A DNA stretch of 64,000 nt. It comes from Hyaloraphidium curvatum SAG 235-1 (Eukaryota > Fungi > Monoblepharomycota). The DNA is taken from contig JAIVFI010000034.1 of the NCBI GenBank assembly GCA_025558095.1, positions 434,001 through 498,000 of the forward strand, in the 5' to 3' direction. This document shows, piece after piece, positions 36,971 to 48,983 of this stretch (position 1 is the first letter of the stretch; every line of letters begins with the position of its first letter). Both the position numbers and the translations under genes were made by a program. The notes under the pieces are model-generated. The model worked only from the letters and a program-made list of their open reading frames with translations, made no database searches and was not told where the DNA came from.

Positions 36971-39900
36971 TCACAACCATTGGTCGGCGATGCCAAACCC
37001 CTCGACGGCCCCTCTTAGCGCCCTCGACAGCCCCTGCGTTCCGAAGTTCGCCCCGTACGCCTCGAACTGCTCGAGCACATCCGCCAACTCCGTGCACCCC
37101 GTCGTCAGCATGCTGCGGACATGCATCAGCATCCTAAGTACGTTGGTGTCCGCCAGCCTCCTCCTCTGCACGTCGCGCTGCCGCCGCCGCTCCAGCAGCT
37201 CCTCGAACGGCATCCCCGACGCCGTGTCATCCGCGTCCTCGACCGCCTGCTGCGCCTCAAGCTTCCACTGGGGTTCGGAGATCGCCGACAGGGTGCCCGA
37301 GTCGTAATGGCCGCAGAACTCAGCATAAGTGTTGGCGGTGTCTAGCAACTTAAAGAGGTCCTTGCGCACGTTGGAGGCCCTGGAACTCATCAGGCAACGG
37401 TAGGAGATGGTCGAGAGGGCTTTGGCGTGCTGTGCTGCGAGGTCCTCGGGTGGATCCGGCAAACGGAGAACCGCACGGATCTCATCAAGCTGGGGAGCGA
37501 TCACCTGTGTGCCATCGCGTCAGCCGAATCGCACGCGACTTTGGCCCCGCCAAAGTACCCACCGTGCCCAGGAAATGCCCGCACATTGCGCCCGTCACCG
37601 CTAGCAGCGCCTGCCGTACGCACGCCCTCAGCCTCCGCACCACCTGGCCCGACGAGGAGCTCGCATCGCCCGCCTCGCGGAGCCGAAGCCACCCGGCGTC
37701 GAGGGCGAGCCGGTGTGCGCACGCCATCTGCATCACGAAGCTGCCCACGCGCCGCCAATCTCCTCCTTCGGAGCGAAGCGCGGCGCCCACTGCCGCGGAA
37801 GCGCGGAACTCGGGGTACACGCCGTCCCATGCGCCGGTGCCCGTGGCGTCCGAAGGCGTCATCCGCATGCGCACGCTGACGGGGCCCGGAGGGAGGTATG
37901 CGGCCAGCACGCGGTTCAGGTGGGCTTCGGAGCGCCATGCGGCGGGGTCACGGTCGCCGGCGGCGTCGAGGAGGGCGGAGCGCCATGCGGGGTCGGCGGC
38001 AAGGCCGACGGACCAGAAGAGCTCGAGCGCGGCGGGCGCCCCTTCGGCCTGGAGGACCGACCAGAGCTCGCGACGGGTCGAGAGCGCGGGTGCACCAGCA
38101 TGCAGGCGGATGTGCGCGGCGAGCGCGCGGGAATAGGGTCCGGGTCCAGGTGCGGGGAGTTGGGGCGGGATGCGGAAGGAGGCGGGAGGCTTGCCGAGGG
38201 CGCGGAGGAGCTGCGCCGAGCTGCCAGCAGAAAGCAGCTCCTCGAGCTGATCCGCAGGGAGGAAAGTCGGAACCAGCGGTGCATCGAGGATGTAGGTGAA
38301 GCCTGTCGGAGCCAGCGGATCTGGGTCACGGCTGATGGCTGTTGTCAAAGTCCGGTCGCAGCCTCGCCGAACGATCCGCAGCTCACCGGACGAAGTAGCC
38401 GCCCTCGAAATCGGCGCCAGACAGCCATCCCGAAAGCCACTCGATCGTTGGTCCCGCAGCCTCCACGAAAAGCTCATGCCATGCCTCTTCAGTCCTCGCA
38501 GGCCAGGAAAGCCTGTTGTCCTCGATTCCCCTGAAAAGCGCCGCGAGGAGTGACGCAGCCTGCTTCGCGGGATCGCCGTGCTGCGCATCGTCGAGCAGGT
38601 CCAACAGAGGCCGGAGGGTACGAAAGGGGGCCAGACGCGGGCGCAGGTCGGCGAGCAGGCCTAGCAACGTGGGTACCTCTTCGGGGTGCTTGCGGAAGCG
38701 CAGGTCCAGCTCGGCCAGGCGAAGGTCCGAAGCAGAGATGAGCGAGGCGAGAGCAGAGAGGAAGGCGTGCACCGTCGGGGACGAGCGGCGGGCGTATGCC
38801 GGACTAGAGAGCCTAGAAGAGCGGGCACGAACCATCAGAACCAAGCAATATCCGAGGCGCCGCTACGCCAACCTCGAGGTCCAGCTTCGCACCAGCCGCA
38901 CTGCCGCGAGGTCCTCGCCAATCTCGTGCAGGCAGTTGTTGACCGCGGCCTCGGAAAGGTCCAGCAGCGCCGCGTCCCTGCACACCAGCGGTGCGTCCCC
39001 CGGTTCGGCGTCCGGCCCGGGATCCGGAAACAGCCACGAGCTCCCCGCGGGGCCGAGGGCAAAGAGGACCTGCGAGACCAGCATTGGCGGCGGGAGGAAG
39101 CGGCGGAAGGGGCGGGAGCCGTGCAAGGTGTGCACGAGGCGTGCAAGGGCCGGGGCCAGGGAGAGCGGATCTGCAGGACGGTACATGGCGTCTGACGTTC
39201 CGCCGAAAGGTAAGCAAAGCGAGGCAATGGAAGCGAGAAAGCATGGGAACGCACCCGAGACGTCACGGATCCAGCTGTCGCTCCACGGCTTGCCCTCGTT
39301 CCACCTCCTAAGCCAGCCCTGCGCCCTGGCCCGTTCGGCCTCTGCGGCCGCCTCAATGTCCTCGCCAATCTGCGTATCATCGTCGCGGAACAGCGCCTGC
39401 AGGTCCGGGGTGTCCTCGACCGGCACCATTGGGAAGGCCGACGAGGCGTGCCCCGAGAGGTCGGGCAGCTCCCAGGCGGCCGACGGGAACGACGCGCCCT
39501 CTGGCGGGCCAAAATCGGGCACCTTAATGCCGTCGCTGTCGTCTGCTGGGTCCACGTCCGGGGCCAGCCTCAGCAACATGTCGTCGGCGGCCATTGTTTC
39601 GGGGCCACGTGGCAGCGAGCGTGCGAGCGCGTCCAGCCTCTCGGCAGCGGCTACCCGGCCCCAAATGCGCAGACGGTCCGCACGGGCGGCGAGCTCGGCG
39701 AGTGGGGCGGCTTTGCCCTCCGAGGCGGCCCCGCCGGCCCCAGTGTCCGCGCCCTTTCGCGCTCTGAGGTCCCCCGACCCGCCCAGCCCGCCGACCGCCG
39801 ACTTCTCCGGCCTGTCGGTGACCAAGCTAATGTTTCCCAGCACGGCGGCCAGCGCCGTAACGTCCGACGCGTCGGTCGACCGCGACGCGCCGCTGTGCGC

Positions 39901-40002
39901 AGTGGTCGGGCTCGGCGTCGCGGGGGACAAAGCGGGCTCCGCCGGCGGCAAGCCGCGCAGCAGGGTGTCGGCAGAAGCGCCGACGCCGTCGGCAGACAGC
40001 AT
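36971..40002 (-). CDS. Probable gamma-tubulin complex component (Spc97/98 family, GCP5/6-like), divergent
   Basis: GRIP-like segments: SPTVHAFLSAL, PTIEWLSGWL, VPTFLPADQLEELLSAGSSAQLL, LAAQHAKALSTISYRCLM; multi-exon. Confidence 0.55.
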
Positions 40003-40122
40003 GGCGCCGAACTGGTCCTACCGGGGCGCCCGAATTTCAAACAGAAACGCGGAATGACTTGACTTCGGGGGGCAACTCCTCACCCATGCATCATTTTAGA
40101 TCACTGGAAAAAAAGCCGATGT

Positions 40123-40817
40123 CTACATCCTAGCGCGCACAGGGTCCACGCTATTCCCTCTTTGCGCCCGTCTGGTGATCGGCTTGGCCGGAACGCCGAC
40201 CCAAGTCTGCCCGGGCTCCGTGATGTCCTTGTGCACCACCGCATTCATCCCGAGCGTCGTCCTTTCCGCGACCGACACGTGGTCCGCCACGCACGAACCC
40301 ATGGCGAGCGCCGATCCCGATCCGATCTTTGCGTATCCGCCGAGGTTGACAGCGGCGTTCAGGTTCACGAAGTCGCCCAACTCAGCGTCGTGCGAGAGCA
40401 GGGAGTTGTACCCGAGGATGCAGAAGCGCCCGACGCGCGCGTGGGAGCTGACTATCGCGCCGAAAATGTAGCAGCCCTCGCCAATCTCGGCCAGGTCGGA
40501 TACGTAGCCCGCGCCGACGACCGAGGGGAACTCGGCACCGGGGAAAGCCGTCCGCGCCTCCTCGGCTAGCCGGGCACGCAGGGCCGGGCTGCCGACGCAA
40601 ACGTAACATGAGACTTTGCCCTTGCCGGCGGCCCACGCCAGCGCCTCGACCGCCGAGCGGAGCAGAGGCAGGCCGCTCAGGGCCGGATGCACGGACTCGC
40701 CGTCGTCCCACACGGCCACCGGCTCCCTGCGTGGGTGCGCCGCGCCTTGTCCCACACGGCGTTTGCATGGCCGCCGCCGCCGCGGAGGATGACGCAGCGA
40801 GAAGGGGCGGATCCCAT
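40123..40817 (-). CDS. PglD/NeuD-family sugar acetyltransferase (hexapeptide repeat), with apparent 1-nt frameshift
   Basis: ATG 40817 gives MGSAPSRCVILRGGGGHANAV; the second frame continues EPVAVWDDG...VCVGSPALR...hexapeptide repeats, SHDAELG, WVGVPAKPI; ends ARM*. Confidence 0.8.
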
Positions 40818-41058
40818 CAGCTGTTTTGCGGGATGGGACGCAATCGGGACGCGATCCGCTTATTGGCTGCGCTCGTCCCTCACGGAATCCGCGCGGCCGA
40901 AGATCCTAAGGTGACAAGCAGCCGATTGATTTGATGGCTCTCCGGCAATCCAGCCCGAGCTCATATAAGAGCGCGCTCGACTTGCGATCTATCCTCACAC
41001 AGCCAATACATATTCGTTCTCGACGTCGAATAAGACACATCCATCGCCGGCGACGTAA

Positions 41059-43029
41059 TTACACCTTGAGAACCTCCGTGGTTCCAACGCTGCCCTTGAG
41101 GGCCCCTTCCCCGGCCGCCTTCATTTCGAGCTCGTGCAGCTCCTCATCACTGATAAGCTTCTTGATCCCGGTCCAGTTCCTGCTTGCGGATGCGAACCAC
41201 CATCCGATGACGAAGATCAGCGACGCTCCGAAGACGACGGGGGCATAGTTGAGGTTGAGGGCGTCGACCGGCATGGCTTGCGGCAGGCACAGAACGATGG
41301 TGATGAAGGGCACAAAGAGCGACGCGACCGCGGCGGCGATCATCGAGTAGCCGCCCAAGTTGAATCTGCCGGGCTTGAAGGTCTCGCGCCCGTGGGGGGT
41401 GAGCCGCATCATGCAGGGAATGCCGTAGGAGATGACGGATCCGATCGTGGAGATCGAGGTCAGGGCCGGGAAAGCAACGTCCGAGAAGGATGCCAGACCG
41501 AGGACAACCACAATAAGGGTGCAGATCAAGATCGCGCGCACGGGGGTGCCAAATTTAGGGTCGATGACATGCCAGATGTCCGATTTGGGCAGCGCATGGT
41601 CCCGAGCGAGGGCGAAGAACATCCGCGACGAAGTAAGCATCGTCGTGGAGTTGGAAACCGAAAAGCACACGAGGCAGATGCTGAGGAAAGTCGACACGAT
41701 CGCGGCGCTGTCCGGAAAGCACTGCTGCAGCAGCGTGAGGATCGGGTCGTCCGACTCGCGGATGGCGTCAATGTCCTGGATGCTGAGGTAGAGGCAGAAG
41801 TACAGGATGTACCCGCTGATTAATCCCCACACGGTCGTGATGATGATACCGTAGGACGCGGCGCGGTCGGAACCATGGCTCTCTTCCGAGACGTGAGACG
41901 AGGCATCAAGGCCGCTGGATGAGGAGACGTTGATTAAACGGTGAACAGCGACCGAAGCACGAAAATTGACCAACATGAAGTTCCATGTAGCGGGCAGCAT
42001 GGCGATCAGGTACACCACCCCCGCCGAGCCCGCCTCAGTCCAGCCGGTGCCATCATAGAATTCGGTAAACATCACACTAGTGGGGAAAAGGTTCCCCCCA
42101 GTGGACACAGGGAGCCAGATGATGAACATCAGCCATCCGATGATCACGAGATAGGAGATCCAAGTCGAGACGATCGGCAGAACCGTCTTCCCGAAGATGT
42201 TGAGGATAGTACAGAAGGCGACGAAGATCAGGTAGAATCCATAGAGCACTCCGGAGCTGGCCTCGAATTCCGGGTTGTTCTCCGTGATAACCGAGGCGAG
42301 GAAGGAGGCCGTGCCCGCGCAGCCGGCAGCGACGGCCGCAAGGTTGCCTAAAGGGTGGCAGAGAGGTGGAGGTCGTTCGACCGTCAGCGACGCCAGGCAA
42401 AAGCGGCCCGAATACACTCGCCTATTAGGTTCATCCAAGCGCATAGCCAGGCGGCGAAGGGGCCGTACTTCTCGCCTCCGAGGATGAACGAGAACATATA
42501 GAGGCTTCCCATGACGGGCATGGCACTGCAGAGCTCCGACAGAGAAAGGGCCAGGTTGAGCATGCAGAAGGAAACTATCCACCAGACGATGTTGAGCGTG
42601 TAGAATCCACCGGTGGCCACGACGTAGCCGAACAGCGGGATGTTGAGCAGCACGCAGACCTGAAAGATCGGAAGGGTCGTGGTTCAAGCCGCAGCAGAAA
42701 GAGGCCGGGCCCAAACTCACGTTGGAGATGTTGACCATGATCGTAGTGAAGATATTGAACTGCCTGGGAGTCTCCTGTTTGTACTAGGGCCGTGGAAGCG
42801 GATCAGTTCTCGATCAGGAGATAAAGGCCGGCTGCCTCACCCCTTGGCGGGCGAGCAGGAGCTCGTCAGCGGGAGAGCCTTCGGTCTCTGGCAGGCCCAG
42901 GACGGTCGTGAAGAACTTCTTGACGCCGCCTTTCGCTGCGGGGGGTGGCGGCGCAGGGGCAGCTGCCATGTTCGAAGTGGCTGGGGCCTCAACGCTCGAA
43001 GCGGCGTTCGTCGGCGGGGCGTCCGCCAT
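41059..43029 (-). CDS. APC-superfamily amino acid/choline/GABA permease (Uga4/Hnm1/Tpo5-like)
   Basis: LARQGYKQETPRQF (spliced), LSELCSAMPVMGSLY, GLDASSHVSEE, SSRMFFALARDHALP, FKPGRFNLG, LNYAPVV; four introns. Confidence 0.9.
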
Positions 43030-43314
43030 GGCGATGGAGCCGGACTGCGTTTGGAGTACGAAGGCGAGCCCGGATACGGAGCGGCACCGGTCGCCGCCGC
43101 AGGAGAAATGAGTGAGTTGGTCCCCTCCGGGCGGGTTCAGGCGCGCCTGACCCGCAAAAACGTCCGCTGCTGCGCCTCACGCTCCAAACTCTTCACATGT
43201 GAGAGCGTGGACAGCAATCGCCCTTTCAAAAGCAAGGCCATCACATATCTACGAGCGTGCGGCAGCACTGAGATCCACTTCAGGCAGCGTGGAGGTATGG
43301 GTGGATCCGGTTAT

Positions 43315-44430
43315 CTATGAGACGTACAATCGAGCGATCGTATCTCGCGGAGTCTTCTCGAGCACCTCGGTGCTGTCCGTCACGCAGTCTATGCTGCCGA
43401 TCAGGCCCCGATCGCACAGTTTCCGGAGCCCCTCGTTGCGGATCTCGGCCACCAGCGCCTGCGCGAACCTCTCACCGTGAATCACCGTAAACGGCCGATT
43501 CCAGAACTTTGTCTGCTCCGTCGGCAGCGTCCCGTGCGTCAGACCCAGCTGAGCATGCTTGCGGGCAAGGTACGCGTAGACGAACCCCAGCGTCCGGTCC
43601 CGCTCCTGCCACGTCCGTGCGGCCATCACCGCCTCCAGCAAGGGCCCAAGCTCCTTGGAACCATCGAGCTGCGCGAACGCTGTGCCGAACCACTTAGCGT
43701 ACGGCGCGTACCGGCGTTCTTGCAGGAACCGCAGCTTCATGGCCGCCGAGACCAGCCTGGCCGCGATCAGGGCCGACCCCAGCTCGTCCGCAGCTGAGCC
43801 TGCGCGGCCCATCAGGTGCTCCTCCTGCCCAATTGAAGTCCAGACGCCTGCCATGGAGAAAAGCCAGGGGTCTCTCGGGTAATACCTGAACTGCTCGAGG
43901 GTGGGGGCGAGTCCGATACCGTCGTGGTAGATTGTGCCTTCCACCAGCGTCCGGAGCTTCTGCTGCGGAAAAGAAAGCCATTGCGCGGCCGATATCTCGG
44001 CATCGGGGGGTGATCCGATGTCGAACCCCAGATAGTCTAAGACGAAGTCACGCAAAACAAACAGCTCGACCCGGTGATCGATCGGCCCCTCGCTAGTCTC
44101 CTGGAGCATTCTGGTGCCGGGATCCTCGTCCGTCGGCTGCGCGAACCCGGTCGGGTAGCCTCCGAACGTCCGAGGCAGCTTCCAACGGAATGACTCGGTC
44201 AAGGCGTCCCCATGCGCAGCCAAGTCATCCGCGGACAGAAAAAGCATGGCGCGCGGGCCCCAATGATGGTCGGAGCTCATCGCGGTGTCGAAGCCGAGGA
44301 CTTCGGAGCCAGGGCCGATGAGGGCAGCCGAGTGTTCGACGTTGGGAAAGTCCGCGTCCAGCACCGGCCGGACGGCCTGCCAGTAGAAATCGCGGCAAAG
44401 ATCGATTCCGCGGACAAACTTCGACGTCAT
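43315..44430 (-). CDS. DUF4037-domain protein (bacterial-type, nucleotidyltransferase-like N-terminus)
   Basis: AALIGPGSEVLGFDTAMSSDHHWGPR, WLSFPQQKL, YYPRDPW, IGQEEHLMGR, YAPYAKWFGTAF, FWNRPF, IGSIDCVTDSTEVL; intronless. Confidence 0.85.
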   Translation of the reverse strand: MTSKFVRGIDLCRDFYWQAVRPVLDADFPNVEHSAALIGPGSEVLGFDTAMSSDHHWGPRAMLFLSADDLAAHGDALTESFRWKLPRTFGGYPTGFAQPTDEDPGTRMLQETSEGPIDHRVELFVLRDFVLDYLGFDIGSPPDAEISAAQWLSFPQQKLRTLVEGTIYHDGIGLAPTLEQFRYYPRDPWLFSMAGVWTSIGQEEHLMGRAGSAADELGSALIAARLVSAAMKLRFLQERRYAPYAKWFGTAFAQLDGSKELGPLLEAVMAARTWQERDRTLGFVYAYLARKHAQLGLTHGTLPTEQTKFWNRPFTVIHGERFAQALVAEIRNEGLRKLCDRGLIGSIDCVTDSTEVLEKTPRDTIARLYVS

Positions 44431-44526
44431 TTCGGGAGTGCGCGGCCGAATGCCTCCGGGGAATCAAGACGCGATCAGACCGCGCTCCAGCGTCTCCCAC
44501 TCGCGCGCACATTGCGCCAAGAAGCA

Positions 44527-45730
44527 ATGGAGCCGGTCGGCATCGGCTACATCGGAGCCGGCACTTTCGCGCTCTACAACCATCTCCCGCCCTTGATCGA
44601 GAACCGCAGCACCGCGGTGCTGGCCGGCGTATGGTCGCGCAGCGAGAAAAGCGCGTCAACCCTGGCCGCCAAGTACCTCTCCGCGACCGGGACGCAGGCA
44701 CCGGTGCATTACGGACCCGATGGGCTTGACAAGCTGCTGGCAGACCCCAAGGTTGAGGGCGTTCTAGTGTCGACAAGCATTTCGAGCATGCCAGAGATGA
44801 TCCGTCGCGCGTGGAAGGCGGGGAAGCACGTGCTGTCGGAGAAACCGGCGGCGCCGGACGTTGCGGCGGGTCTGGCCCTCCTGGCCGAGTACGAGAAGGA
44901 GTACAGGCCGAAGGGGATCGTGTGGCAGGTCGCTGAGGTGAGATCTCCACGGAAAGGCGATCGGCATGTTCGAAGAGTTGACGGACCCGCGGCCGACCAG
45001 AACTATCGTGCCGATCCGGGGGTCCGGCTCGCTGCCAGCGAGGCCCGAAAGCTCGGCAAGCTCCGCTTCTTCGATATGCGGATCGGCCTGAGCGTGCCTT
45101 CGGTCCCGGATTGGAGGGCGACACCGGACTACCAAGGAGGGCTGGTCCTTGACGCAGGTAGGTCTTTTCGTTCCGATCGCGTCTTCCTAGCGCTCGGCTT
45201 ATCTTTGGCTAGGCGTTCATTTCGCGGCCCTCGCGCGTGCCCTTGCGGGGACCGAGCCCGCCACCGTTTCGGCCTTTTCCAGCGCCAGCAATCCGAAGCT
45301 GCCGCCTCTGGACTCCGTCGTTGCGGCCGTGCGCACGGCCGACGGCGGACACGGCGTCGTGAACATCACCGTCTCGTCGCCCGTCCTCCTGCCCGTCATC
45401 GCGACGGCCGTCTTCGAGCGCGGCGCGGTCAAGATCGAGGCTGCCAGCGGCGGCTTCAAGGTCACCACGACCGAGGCGCAGACCAAGGGCCGGCCAAAGG
45501 TGTCAGAGCAGACGGTCAAGTCTGGCGCTGGGGCGCAGGGCGGCGTACGTGAGGAACTCCTTGGGTTCTGCGAGGCGGTGAGGGGCCGGCCGCCGACCGA
45601 TTACGACAACTCGGCGTGGCAGGGCGTCGCGGACGTGGCGCTGATCGAAGCCATGCTGCGATCGGCCGAGGCGGGCGGCAAGCCGGTGGAGGTGGCGAGG
45701 ATCGCGGCCGGCAAGGGAGCCAGGCTGTAG
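44527..45730 (+). CDS. Gfo/Idh/MocA family oxidoreductase, C-terminal PTS1 (ARL)
   Basis: IGYIGAGTFA, AGKHVLSEKP, WQVAENYR (spliced), WRATPDYQGGLVLDAGVH; two introns. Confidence 0.9.
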
Positions 45731-47476
<1,746 letters not shown>

Positions 47477-47768
47477 ATGGATTGTATTTGACTTGGAGCT
47501 GTATGTACGCATTGGGACCAAACGCACGGAACCAGTCTGGTCTGGTCTAGTTTATCCGCCGGCGTCGTACTACATGAGTAACTCGATGCCACTAGGTTTT
47601 CAGAGGCAAACTGATCTACTCGCCCTACTACAACAACCTAATCGGACCGACGGTTGCCCCGTTGAATAGTGGTGTTTTCAAAACAACCGGGACTCTTTGC
47701 AAAAGAAGTTCTATATATCACTACCTATGTAAAGCGAATACCCTTCACGTCTCTATCTCCACCATAAG

Positions 47769-48791
47769 CTAAACAACAACTACCAAATTGCCGAGCTGGA
47801 AGCGCACGTCGATCGTCAGCGTCGTCAGCCCGGTGGTCATGGGGAAGGCGGTTCCGGAATTCTGGCCGATGAAGTCGATGATCAAAGGCTTGATCCTCAG
47901 GTACCGAAAGTGCATCAGAATGGGTATTGCGTCGATGTTTTGAACCGTCCTGGTCGAGCTATGAAGTCAGTAGTAGAGGTCTCGATCGATGATTGCTTAC
48001 GCACTGCCATAGGGCGGGTCCGTTGAAGACGTTCTGGCAGAAGACCTTGATGACCGCCTGTGCAGGCGGAAACCCGGGCGTGCCTTGATGTCCAGGTATG
48101 AGCAGTATGGCAAGGATGTGGGGCGCCAGTCCGTTCATGATGGCATTGCCAAGCGCCCGGAACTCCCTGTTGACCATGTTGGATGTATCACCGTTGGCGA
48201 TCTGGAAGTAGCGTATCCCGATTGCATTCCATGGTTCATCCCCATGTTGATCACATTCATTTTCTTAACTGCCGGACCAACGGGCTGCGCCATCAGGATG
48301 TTTCCGTGGAGCACCCTATTCATTGCGTGCAACGAACCAGGGAGGCATTGGCAGCCACCAAAAAGGGTTGTATGCTGGATTGGAGACCGCCAGAGAAGGG
48401 ATGAGGGCCCACTGCAAGGGGCCGAAGACGCCAAAGTATTGAAGAAAGTTGTGCACAGTCCCGTGAACGGTGGGATCGTAGACCAGGGCGCCCCAACGCA
48501 CCCGAATGAAGTGGTCTATGGAAAGAAAATCCCGAGGACCGGCCAATGCCAGGGGAAAAGCCATGTGCCGGCCTCAAGAAACCGGGGGTGCAGAGGATTG
48601 ACGGGATTCGCGCGGGGATCCGTGCTCGAGCCGGGTGAGCCGCGAACCCCAGTCGCGACAACCTCATTCACACAATTCCTGCAGTTCGTTGGTGAGCTCG
48701 ACTCCGGATTGCCTCCGACGTAGTTGCTGACCTTCTTTCTTTCAGACGTCGGTAGTTTCGCGCCCCGCTTCGCTCTCCGCCGGCATGGCAT
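47769..48791 (-). pseudogene. Degenerate unknown ORF divergent from the Fanzor gene
   Basis: Coding-like fragments in shifting frames (RDFLSIDHFIRVRWG; MVNREFRALGNAIMNG...VIKVFCQNVFN; VQNIDAIPILMHFRYLRIKPLIIDF...) and one GTAAGC..CTGAC..TAG intron (~47959-48000). Confidence 0.35.
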
Positions 48792-48983
48792 TCGGGTGCG
48801 GAGTCCGAATCCGCCTCGCCGGTCGCATGGTCATCCACTGCACCAGCCGGTTCTAGGTGGGCCGCAAGTACACGGCCATTGCCTCCGACCTCGACCCCTG
48901 CCCAAGTCACCGCATCGAGGTCCGTTCCCTCGACCGTCGACGTGTATCAATCGAGCTCTAACATTGTTTGCAACAGCAGTGAC

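Noticed and set aside
38516-40057. Long plus-strand ORF, and similar shadow ORFs (8556-10043, 11430-13223, 50582-51994, 60268-61950)
   Set aside because: Antisense or alternate-frame shadows of real genes, expected at this GC content; no recognisable motifs.
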